Assembly: GCA_043228905.1 (NCBI GenBank)
Contig: JBHGNT010000017.1
Location: 11,470,001 to 11,534,000, forward strand
Direction of reading: 5' to 3'
Source: Azolla caroliniana
Taxonomy: Eukaryota; Plantae; Polypodiophyta
Length of the DNA: 64,000 nucleotides
In this document: one piece after another, positions 49,238 to 60,814 of the stretch
Position numbering within the stretch: position 1 is the first letter of the stretch
How the letters are laid out: every line of letters starts with the position of its first letter
Position numbers and translations under genes: made by a program
The notes under the pieces: model-generated
What the model was told of the DNA's origin: nothing
Database searches by the model: none
The model's input: only the letters and a program-made list of their open reading frames with translations

Positions 49238-52200
49238 TGTAGAAAGTAGCGTGCGGAAGCAAGTTTGAAGACCGAACAGAAGGAAGAACGCTCAGGTTTA
49301 ATGGAGAGCTTGAGCTTACACAGTATACGCGAGAGAGACAAAGAGAGAGTGAGAGAGAAAAAACACGAAAACTATATTCAACACTCAATTCACCACTCTA
49401 TACTCTATACATATGCGTATACCACTCTATACACTTTATACAAGTCCTAGAAGGACTGACCGAAGTACTGATAGTACTTCAATACTCATTAAGAGCTCCT
49501 ACACTAACTCCCAAATATATTCCTCATGGAATATCTTTCCTAACGGCCTCCCGATTTACGCACTCGGCCTAACCGATCGGTCCCAACCGATCCGGTCCTC
49601 AGCTTCTTCAGCCGATCCGGCCGATGTTGAGCTTGTCTCTCAACACTCCCCTTCAAGCTCAACTTGAGGCTCTTCGGGATCTTCACAACACAGGTTCCTC
49701 CTGGCTTCATGCCTCGCTCGCGCTCCTTGACCTGTTCGACTCCACGCGCTTCGACTCCACGCGCTTCGACCCTTCCGGTCGGCTTGTCTGCTCATGTGGC
49801 CCTTATCAGCTCTTCTGTGGTTGCGGTGTCGACACTTCTTCTGCTGCCTTTTCTTCCACTTGGGCCTCGGTTGATTCAACGTGTCTGAATCAAACATCCG
49901 AACCGACTCGGCTACCTCCGATCGGTCTTCGCTCTCGTCCGTGTTGGCTGTCTCCAACTCGTCTTCGGTCTTCTCGCCCTCGATGGCATCATCTCCCCCA
50001 TGCGTGGTTGGCTTCGGCTCTCTCCTTCGGCTGCTCCCCTTCTGTCCGCTTCCGGACTTTTCCGCGGGTCCGCCCTCAGCTTCTTCAGCCGATCCAAAGT
50101 CGAACTCGACAACCGACTCGGTGTCGCCGCAGACTCCGCTCCTTTCCTGCTGCCTTGCTTGGTCGTTCGGGACTGTTCTCCCCCTCATGTTTGGCACGTT
50201 GAGGTGACGCAATCCGAGCGCACCTGAGAATTGCCGCAACTTGTCCAGACCAAGAGGCTTGGTGAAGATGTCGGCAATTTGCCGATCCGTCGGCACGTAT
50301 TGAAGTTCGACTTCACCTGAAAGGACACGCTCACGGACGAAATGGTAGTGCACCTCAACGTGCTTGGTCCATGCGTGAAAAATGGGGTTCTTCGCGAGCT
50401 GGATGCTGCTGATGTTGTCGCAGTAGATCGTCGTCGGATCTGACACCTCCGCTTGCAGGTCCTTAAGTAGCCGCTTCAACCATATGGCTTCGCACGCTGC
50501 GACAGCCACTCCTCGGTACTCAGCTTCAGTGCTCGACAGTGCAACTATCGGCTGCTTCTTACTGCTCCACGCGATCGCGGCATTCCCGAGGGAGAATGCG
50601 TATCCGGATGTGGATCGACGATCGGCGGCATTGCCATCCCAATCAGCATCAGTGTAGCCGACTAACTGCGCGGCTGCACCGGTCTGATATAGCAGTCCCC
50701 GGTCCTTAGTGCCGTTGACATACCGAAGTATGTGTCGCGCACACTGAAGGTGCTCCTCGGTAGGTCGCGCCATGAACTGACTGATCACCCCGACTGGATA
50801 ACTGAGGTCGGGTCGGGTGATGGTCAAGTATATGAGGCTTCCAACAATTTGTCGGAACCTCGTCGGGTCGCATACCTTTCCCGTATCGGGACGAAGCTTG
50901 ACGGTTCTGTCCAGAGGAGTCGAGACGGACTTACAGTCGGCCATCCCAAATTTGAAGAGCATACTCAGCACGTAATGACGTTGGCTGATTTCACCTAGGT
51001 TGGCGTCGGTGATGACCAAGTCATCAACATATAGTAAAATACTAACCGGTCTGAGTCGACCTTTCCGGATGAATAAGGAGGAGTTCGATTTTGACGTGAT
51101 GAAGCCCATCTGATGCAGTTGTTGCATGATCTTCACATTCTAGGCATGCGGGGCTTGCTTCAGTCCGTAAAGGGACTTCTTCAATCGGCATATTGCCGAG
51201 GAGTTCATTCCAGAGTGAAATCCGGGGGGCTGTACCATGTACACCTGTTCCTCAAGGTCACCTTGCAGGAACGCATTCTTTACATCCATCTGATGTAAGT
51301 GCCACCCCTTCACCGCAGCTATTGCGAGCAAAACATGGACGGTCGTCATTTTCGCGACCGGCGCAAACGTCTCATCGTAGTCGATGCTGTGTTTCTGCGC
51401 GTAGCCCTTTGCCACTAGCCGAGCCTTGTACCGGTTGACCGAGCCATCGGTGTTGTACTTGACCTTGTACACCCACCTACACACGATCAGTTTTACCCCT
51501 GTTGGTGCGTCAACTAGGTCCCAGGTCTCGTTCTTCGCCAATGCGTGCATCTCTTCCTCCATCGCGGCACGCCAATTCACGTCTTTAGCCGCTTCTGCAT
51601 AGCTCTCCGGCTCACGCACTTCCACTACACGGGTCATGTACGCATAATGATGCGCCATGTACTCGTTGTATCCGAACCGCAAAACAGGATTCTTCTGGCG
51701 GGTAGATCGGCGTAATCTCACATTAGCCGATGTCGAGGCCTTCTCGGTAGACGCGCTCTTCATCTTTAAAGAACCGTCACCGGTTCCCTCGGAGTCGGAC
51801 TCGCATCGGTTTGACTCGTTCTTATCCGTGCCGGAATCCGACGCCTTCTTCTTCCCTTTCTCTTTGCGCGTAAGCCGTCTCCTCGGCTTCCTGCGCGGGG
51901 AATGCACGACCGAGTCTCCACTACTCGCCGGCTCTTCATCGAACTGATTGTACCGACTCAATCGTCCAATCGGTCCACTTAAGCGGAGTGAAATCAGACT
52001 CTCTTCGCGGGTCTCGATTTCGGGCTCATCCGGAGGCATCTTGGCCTCGCTGACCTCATCGTCAGAACACGGATTGGAGTCGGGGTTCGGCGTCGAGGGC
52101 TGGTACCAGGACGTGGACTCGTCAACCACAACGTCGCGGCTAACACGCGCTTGTTTGGTGCGAGGGTTATAGCAGTTATAACCCTTTTGCTCGTCCGAGG

Positions 52201-54845
52201 AACCGACCAAGATGCATTTCTCGGCCTTTGCGTCCAGCTTCCTCCTTTTCTCCTTCGGTACATGCACATACGCAATGCTATCGAACACCCTCAAGTGTCG
52301 AAAGTTCGGCTTCGTTCCGAAATATAGCTCGTGCGCCGACACTTTGTCTCTGATCCGGTTTTGGATGTATACCGCGATCCTTACCGCCTCGGCCCAGTAG
52401 AACTTGGGCAAACTCTTCTCCTCCAGCATTGCCCGTGCCGCTTCCACAACTGACCGATTCTTCCTCTCGGCCACGCCGTTCTGCTCCGGCGTGTATCTAC
52501 AACTGAATTCGCGGCGAATTCCCATTTGTTGTAGGTAACCGTTGAATTGACCAGAAAAGTACTCTTTCCCGCCATTGGACCGCAGGCACTTGATCTTTCG
52601 TCCCGTTTCCGTTTCCACGAACCCTTTGAGGTCCCGGAAACAGTCGAAGACTTCGCTCTTGCTCTCAATGAGGTAGATCCACGTGTGCCGTGTGTGGTTG
52701 TCAATGAAGGAGATGAAATATTGGCTCCCGCCAAGACTAACGTTTTGTGCCGGCCCCCACACATCGGAGTGTATAAGGTCGAGCTTATTCCGGCTCCGGT
52801 TTCACTCGTTGGGGAAAGGAAGTCCGTTTTGCTTCCTGAGCTGGCAAGCTTCACAAATTTGTGCCTTTTGGCCACTAAATTTGGGCAATCCGAATAGTAC
52901 CTGTTTCGTTTGCAGATCTTGAAGCCGCTGGGAGTTGACGTGGCCTATCCGCTTATGCCACAAGTCGATGTCCGACTTGGTTTTTCTTCCCTTCGTGAAC
53001 ATTGCGGTGCCGCCGTCAGTGGAGTCGAGGATGAACATCCTCCCATCTCTGCGCCCTTGCGCAATCACATGGCCTTCTTCCTCAATGAAGCACCCGAGGT
53101 GTGTAAACCGAACCTCCATCCTTTGGTCGACGATCTGTCCAACCGAGACCAAGTTTTTCGTGATTGTCGGAACGTGCAACACGTTCATGAGTTTCCCTTT
53201 CTGCCCGACATGGCTAAGGGGAACTTCTTCGACATTCGTGATTGGATGCGGAGTGTCGTCTCCAGTTGCGACTACTCCAGGTTGTATCAGTTTTTCAAGG
53301 TACGAGAACCACTGCTTATGGCTCGTCATGTGGTTTGACGCGCCGGAGTCTACGTACCACACCTCGTCCGATCTCGGGGTGCTCTGTTTCATTGAGTTTG
53401 CTTCGTGTCTCGTCACGAAGGCAGACCCTTCTTCGGCTCTCTCGGAGTCTTCGGCGTAGTGCGATCGCTGCCGATTTCCCTTGTCGGTATGTCTGGAGCC
53501 GTTTCCGGAACCGGTTCTCTCCGAATCGGCGTGCTTCTTCCAGCACTCACTTTCCCTGTGGCCTTTCTTGCCACAGTACCAGCACTCCGCGATGGCATTC
53601 CCTTGCCGGTTCTCATCGCTTCGACTCCCCCTGTTTCCGGAGGGTCCGGAGTTGCTGTCGGCATCACTTCGGTGCCTTCTTCCTTGATCTCGTTGGCTGC
53701 CTCCATTGCGCGCCGACTCGCCTCGTCCTCCACGTCCATGGGGCCTTTCTCCCTCCGTGTACAACATTCTGCTGTCGGTGTGCGTGCTTGTAGATGCACC
53801 CGCGTGGTTCTCCTCTACCAGGAGCATTGACTGTAAGTCGAAAAAGGACGACGTATTCTCCCGGGTACACACAGCCGTTCGGAACACTCCGAACTTTGAC
53901 GCCAAACCTCTGAGACAGATCTGGACCATCTCGCTCTCCTCGATGTTCATCTCTATGGAGGCGAGGGAGTCGCAGATATCCTTGATCTTCGAGGTATAGT
54001 TCGCCACCGACAAGTCGCGTTGTCGTAGGTTGCTCAACTCCTTTCGGAGCTGAAGCTTCCTAGCTATGGTGCTCGCGACGAAAATCTTCTTCTGATTTTC
54101 CCACGCACCCTTCGGCGTCTTTGCATCCCGAACATAGCTCAATAGCTGTTCGCCCACACACGACGCGAAGCAGTATAGTACCCTGCTCGCCGATTGCTCC
54201 CACGACGGGAAGTCTCTGTGTGTCGATTCGGGTTCCGCGTCATTAGCTCCTTCGACATAACTCCAGTAGCCTTGCATGAGCAGGTACTGGTGCATCTTTT
54301 ACGACCAAGACGCGTAGTTGGTTTTGTCGAGCTTCTCTGTTGGAAGTGAGCTCGCCATGCCTCTATCCATCGTTCTTCTTGTTCTTCTTCGTCAAGCTGT
54401 GTCGGCTGCAGAGAGGTTCTCAACCTTCGTTCTCTGATACCATGTAGAAAGTAGCGTGCGGAAGCAAGTATGAAGACCGAACAGAAGGAAGAACGCTCAG
54501 GTTTAATGAAGAGCTTGAGCTTACTCAGTATACGCAGGAGAGACAGAGAGACAGAGAGTGAGAGAGAAAAAACACGAAAACTATATTCAACACTCAATTC
54601 ACCACTCTATACATATGCGTGTTCAATGAACACTTTTATACAAGTCCTAGAAGGACTGACCGAAGTACTGACAGTACTTCAATACTCATTAAGAGCTCCT
54701 ACACTAACTCCCAAATATATTCCTCACGGAATATCTTTCCTAACGGCCTCCCGGTTTACGCACTCGGCCTAACCGATCGGTCCCAACAGATCCGGTCCTC
54801 AGCTTCTTAAGCCGATCCGGCCGATTTTGAGCTTGTCTCTCAACA
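49238..54845 (-). mobile_element. Full-length, degenerate copia element (family A) nested in gypsy gag
   Basis: LTRs 49238-49645 and 54443-54845 with TSD CGATC and an iMet PBS at about 54432-54442. ORFs 52802-54295, 51140-52762 and 49640-51136. Confidence 0.96.
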
Positions 54846-57800
54846 CGATCCTTATACCGGGGTCGGTCTTCTCTCTCCTCCTTTACTCCACCCAATGTGG
54901 TTGCCGTTGTGTGTCCATGCTGTGGACCGCGGGTGTGGCTCTGTTTAACATATTGTACTCGCATTGGTCGACTGTGTGAACCTTCCAGTGGCAGATTGGG
55001 CAGTGGATTCGCATATTGCACTCCAACGCAGAATGCCCCGAGTTCAAGCAAATCGTGCACTGGATTGCCTGACGAAATTGGCGTTCCTCATCTTGAGGTA
55101 ACGCTTGTCATAAGGATGACATCGAAAACTTCTCCTCCTCGTCATCCAACTCGAGCTGTAACGCTCGTTCAATCACCATATCCACCGTTTCCCCTTTCAC
55201 ACTATTGCTGTTGAGAGTTGCCCTGATGGGCCGACGTAACGCTGCCAGAAATGTCTCCCGTGCCTCCTCCTCCGCAGAGCTTCGATCCAGTTTCCGTTGG
55301 AAATTTTGGAACCGTAAGTTGAAGTCTACTATTGTCTCGGTCGGTAGTTGCTTAATTGTATAAAACTGCCCCAGAATCTCGCGTTGTGGAACCCTCTGGT
55401 GGAAAAAACGCAAGAAGGCGGACTGGAGTTGATCGAAGGTTGTTATGGCCGGTAAATCCATTTGTGAATGCCAGAACGCCGCACGCCCATCTAATGTTAT
55501 TCCGAACTCCGTCATTTTCGACTGGTGTGCCACCGTCTCGGAAAGGTTCTGTGCCATGTGGTTCGCATTCCAAACATTCAAGAACATGCGAATATGAGTT
55601 ACGGCGTGGGTTTTGCTGTTAAAGCGGAGGTAGGCAAAGGCCATCGTGGGAGCTACGGCGGATCGGATAAGGTCACCGGGAGGCTATGGTAAGCGTGGTC
55701 CCCTCGCCTCGTCGAGGTATTTGGGGAGCAAGGAATCCTCTTTGCACTTCTGGCAGGTATTACTGGGGTCGCTGATGCGCGGCTTTTGCCGAGCGCGTTC
55801 TTCTGCTTGGCGTGTGACGGACCTTGTTATTGGCCGGTCTTGTCTTGTTGGTTCTCTGAGTCGTCTGCGGCTAAACATCCATTCGTTGTTTCTCGTCTGT
55901 GAGGAAACACAGATCACCAAGCGTGCCAAAAGTGTTGCCTCTTAGGAACACGGTCCGTGATCAGTCCTTCGACGTAGACCCCAAGGTGGGTGTGGAACAA
56001 CGAACAAAGCTTAATCGTACTACGTAAGGAGAGAACCTATGTGATTCATCAAGGAAGAAGGCCAAATCATTGCGCAAGGGCGCAAAGACGGGAGGACGCT
56101 CATCCTCAACACCAATGATGTCGGCACTGCGTTGTTCGCCAAAGGACAGAAGATTGAATTGGATATTGATCTCTGGCACAAGCGGATCAGCCACGTCAAT
56201 TACCGGCGGCTTCAAGACTTGCAAACGAAACAAGTTGTTTTCGGTTTGCTGAAGTTTAGTGGCCGGAAGGCACATGTATATGAAGCCTGCCAACTCGGGA
56301 AGCAACACTGGCTTCCATTCCCCACCGAACGAAACCGTAGCCGTAACAAGCTCGACCTTATTCATTCAGATGTATGGGGACCGGCACAGAACGTGAGTCT
56401 TGGCGGGAGTCGATATTTCGTCTCCTTCATCGACGACTAAAGCTGGCACACATGGATGTACCTCATTGAGTAGAAGAGTGAAGTCTTCAAGTGTTTCTGG
56501 AACCTGCAAAGATTGGTTGAACGGGAAACGGAGAGGAAGATCAAGTGCCTGTGGTCGGATGGAGGAAAAGAATATTTTTCCGGCCAATTCAACAGTTATC
56601 TGTAGCAAACAGGAATTCGGCGAGAGTTTAGCCGCAGATACACACCGGAATAGAACGGTGTAGCCGAGAGGAAGAACCAGTCGCTTATCGACGCGGCAAG
56701 GGCGATGCTGGAGGAGAAGAGCATGCCCAAATTCTACTGGGCGAAGGCGGTTTGGACGACCGTCTATATCCAAAACCGGATCAGTGATAAGGTGTCCACG
56801 CATGAGCTGTATTTCGGGCGCTAGCCGAATTTGCGACACCTTCGGATATTCGGCAACATAGCATATGTGCATGTGCCGGATGAGAAGCGGAGGAAGTTGG
56901 ATGCAAAGTCGGACAAATGGATCCTAGTTGGTTACTCACATGAGCAAAAGGGGTATAAATGTTATAACCCCCGGACGAAGCAGGTATGAGTTAGCCGGGA
57001 TGTGGAGTTTCATGAGACGACATCATGGTATGCCTTACCGGCTCCGACTTCCGACCCCGACCCAATACCGGAGGATGAGGCTAGTGAGCCTGAACCGGTC
57101 CAGTTAGAAGATGAAGAAGTCGGCACTCTAGAAGAGAGTCCGATCTCATTTCGGTTAAGTGGACCGAATGAGTGGCTGAGTCGAGATGACTAGTCAGATG
57201 AGGAACCAGCAAGTAGTGGAGACACTGTCGTGCTCTCCCCGCTCAAGGAACTGAGGAGACGGTTCACGCACAAGGAGAAGGGGAAGAAGAAGATGTCGGA
57301 ATACGAAACCGGTAACGCTGAGTTGGATCGGTGCGAATCCGACTCCGGAAAAGATGAAGGCGGATCTTCGGGAACGAAGTCCGACCTGGCCAAGATGGGC
57401 CCCAAACCGGGTAATACCAAGTTACACCGGTCTTCCCTCCAGAAGAACCCCGTGATGCAGTACGGGTACAATGAGTACATGGCGTATCACTATGCGTACA
57501 TGACCAATGTGGCGGAAGTGCGTGAGCCGGAGAGCTACGCAAAAGCGGCAAAGGACACACATTGGCGTGCCGCTATGGAGGAAGAGATGCGGGCACTTGA
57601 TGCCAACAACACATGGGACCTAGTTGACCCTCCCCGACGCTGTAAACCGATCGGATGTAAGTGGGTGTACAAGATAAAGTACAATGCCGACGGTTTAGTT
57701 AACTGGTACAAGGCCCGGCTAGTGGCAAAGGGATACGCGCAGACCCACGGAATTGACTACGACGAGACCTTCGCTTCGGTAGCAAAGATGACGACGGTTC

Positions 57801-59346
57801 GTGTGGTGCTAGCAGTTGCTGCGGCAAGGGGGTGGCATGTTCACAAAATGGACGTGAAGAATGCATTTCTTCAAGGCGAACTTGAAGAAGACGTCTTTAT
57901 GACCCAACGCCCCGGTTTTCAGTCGGTGGTATGCCGGTTGAAGAAGTCACTTTATGGCCTAAAGCAAGGCCCTCGAGCTTGGAATGCGAAGATTACGCAC
58001 CGGTTGCGTAAGATGGGGTTTGTGGCTTCCAATTCCGACTCTTTGTTGTTTATCCGGCAAGGTCTGGACGGTCCGGTTTGCATCTTGCTGTATGTTGATG
58101 ATCTAGTCATCACCGGACCCGGACTCGATGAAATCAGCCGAGTCAAGTCCCAACTGTCGGACGCATTTGAGATGAAGGACCTGGGGGACGTTCACTATTT
58201 CCTTGGAATCGAGGTGATCCGAACCCTCGAAGGCATATTGCTCTCACAAAGACACTATGTGTTGAATATGTTGTACAAATTCGGCATGACAGAATGCCGA
58301 CCTGTCTCAGCACCCATGGATCGGAACCAGAAGCTTTGTCCCAACTCCGGACCGGCTTGCGATGAGAAACGGTTCCGCCAAGAACCCCGTATTCCATGCT
58401 CGCACAAAGCACATAGAAGTGCACAACCACTTCGTGCATGAGTGTGTCTTGAGTGATGAAGTCGAACTTCAGTATGTTCATACAGATCGACAAGTTACCG
58501 ACATCTTCACCAAACTGCTTGGATCGGACAAGTTGCAACACTTCACCGAAATGCTTGGTGTTTAGCATCTCGACGTGCCACACTTGAGGGGAGAACGGGC
58601 AAAGGCAAACAGACTGCTGATTGCGTCGGTGAGGGAAGAACAGACAAAGAGAGAGACAAGAAGAAGAAAGGAGCTGAGTCGACAAAGGAAGTTGACACAT
58701 CCGAACAAGTCGGAACAAGCGGCAGCGGAGGCAGAGTCAAGAAGGATAGAGCCGACCAGAAGAAGAAGGGCAAGACCCGGACATTGTCCGACGTGGTGAA
58801 GGGCTTGGAACCAGAAGACGAATCGGGAGCGACTGATTCGGACAAGAGCTGGAACGAATCGGAGACAATCGATTCGGTTCAATAGACAGATTCGGAAGAA
58901 CTGGATCAATTCAAGGGCAAGAGGACCAGAAGGCAACGAAAATCGACGCCAACATGAAGGAATCGGCAAATCGGCAAGAGCCGAAGTCACAACAGCGAGG
59001 GAGCTGAATTGGGTTTGTTGAGTAGACAAGCGGATCGAGGAGGTTAAGGTGCGTAGGAACAAAAGGGTCGCGGCAAACGGGATGGGATGGGACCGGACGA
59101 GGAGCGTGAGCGAGGCGGAGTGACGCCAGAAGGAGCCAGGTGGAAGGACCGGCTACCATGGAGACTGACACTACGATCTGACCTCAAGTTGAGCTTGAGG
59201 GGGAGTGTTGAGCGGCAAGCTCAACCGGATCTGGATCGACTGAATAAGCTTGAGCTAGATCGGCATCCGGAAGGATGAGCCGGACCGGTGACCCGGTGAG
59301 CAAGTGAGCCAGTGAGCTGGGGGGCCGGTTAGCCGGATCCATCAGT

Positions 59347-60814
59347 TAGCCGTAGCACCCAACATGGCCTCTGCTTATCCCCGCTTCAATGGCGAAACCG
59401 ACACCGCAACCTTCATCCGACTGTTCGTCAATGTCTGGAATGCAAATCACATGGCGCAGAGCCTTTCCGAGGCAATAGCGCACCGGTCTAAAATGACGGA
59501 GTTCGGATTAACCTTGGATGGGGGAGCGGTGTTTTGGCATTCGCAGATGGATCTGCCAGCACTCACGACCTTCGACCAGTTGCAGTCAGCCTTTCTGAGG
59601 TGTTTTTCATCGGCGGGTGCCGCAACGCGAAATCCTCGAGCAGTTTTACACAATTAAATAGTTGCCGACTGAGACGGTCGCGGATTTTAGCTTACGTTTC
59701 CAAAATCTATGACGGAAATTAGAATGGGGCCTGACGGAGGATGAGGCTAGGGAGACATTTCTGGTAGCATTACGCCGACCCATACGGATAACGCTCAACA
59801 ATAATAGCGTGAAAGGGGAAACAACCAATATGGTCATAGCAAGAGCGCTACAGCTCGAGCTGGACGAAGAAGAGGAAAGGTTTTCCATGTCCTCATTACG
59901 ACAAGCGTTACCTTAGGACGAGGAGGCGATCCAATGCACGATTTTCTTGAATTCGGGGCATTCCACAGTTGAATGCAACATGCGCATCCACTGTCCTATC
60001 TGTCACTCGAAAGCTCACACAGTTGAGCAATGCGAGTACAATATGTTAAACAGAGCCACGCCCACAGTATGCAACGTGGACACATAGCGTCCCCCACGCC
60101 GTAATGAACAAAGGCGGCAGGAAGACCGACCACGGTATATGGATCGCAATTCACGCGATGACCAGCACTACCAGAATCGCCGGAATCACAACAATTCCGA
60201 GGAAGACGAGCTGGAGGATGAAGACTACCGTGGCAACCCTAGAAATACTAAAGGGGGCTGACGCTATGAGAATTACTGTTCGATGAACAAACGTGGCAGC
60301 TTCAATGGGCCTCGTGGAAAGTATCGGCAATATCAGGAGCAACGGCGGTATGACGAAACTTCAAACGGTAACCGGTACCAGGAACTACACCGGGACCAAC
60401 AACAACCACCGCGTACGCTCCGATGAACGAATCAGGACTGGGAGGAGCAAGTCACACATGGGGATCGACACACACCACCAGGGGCCGAGAAGGGCGAATC
60501 TAGAATCCATTCTTTTGTTTGTCAACATCCCGGACATTATGCCACACAATGCCTAGTACGCAAGGGCAAGGGGCCCACTGTCAATACGATTACGACAGAA
60601 GTACAACAAGTCACGACACGTCAGCGAACAAAAACTGTTGATTGGGCCGCGCAAGATGAGATACGGCGAAAAGCCTAGGCATGGGTTGACAAAGCAAACG
60701 CGACAAATATAGAGCGCATGCAGAAGGAGTCCGCAAACACGGTGGAGCTATTGGAGGAGGAGGGACCATCCCCGGACCCCATATGGCAAGCACTGACAGG
60801 ATGCGAGATAACGT
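59347..60814 (+). pseudogene. Gag fragment of the same Athila/Tat-like gypsy family, fused to the truncated copia LTR
   Basis: MASAYPRFNGETD...VWNANHMAQ matches ORF 55108-55644. It ends at GCEIT; the continuation TLTMEKLLQLVPRF lies inverted at about 63320-63362. Confidence 0.85.

Larger units (their letters stand above)
44956..56047 (-). mobile_element. Ty3/gypsy element of the non-chromovirus Athila/Tat-like group, degenerate
   Basis: 3' LTR about 44956-45397; only 55933-56047 remains of the 5' LTR. PBS TGGCACGCTTGGTG at 55915-55928. Gag runs from 55644 leftward and is split by the copia at 49238-54845; PR-RT-RH follow at about 48506-46075. Confidence 0.9.
37689..59346 (+). mobile_element. 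Degenerate copia element (family A) hosting three nested insertions
   Basis: 5' LTR 37689-38149 and PBS 38150-38161. Gag continues at 43834-44955 and IN-RT-RH at 56045-58600. PPT and a truncated 3' LTR (59206-59346) match the 5' LTR apart from mainly CCGG-site transitions. Confidence 0.85.
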
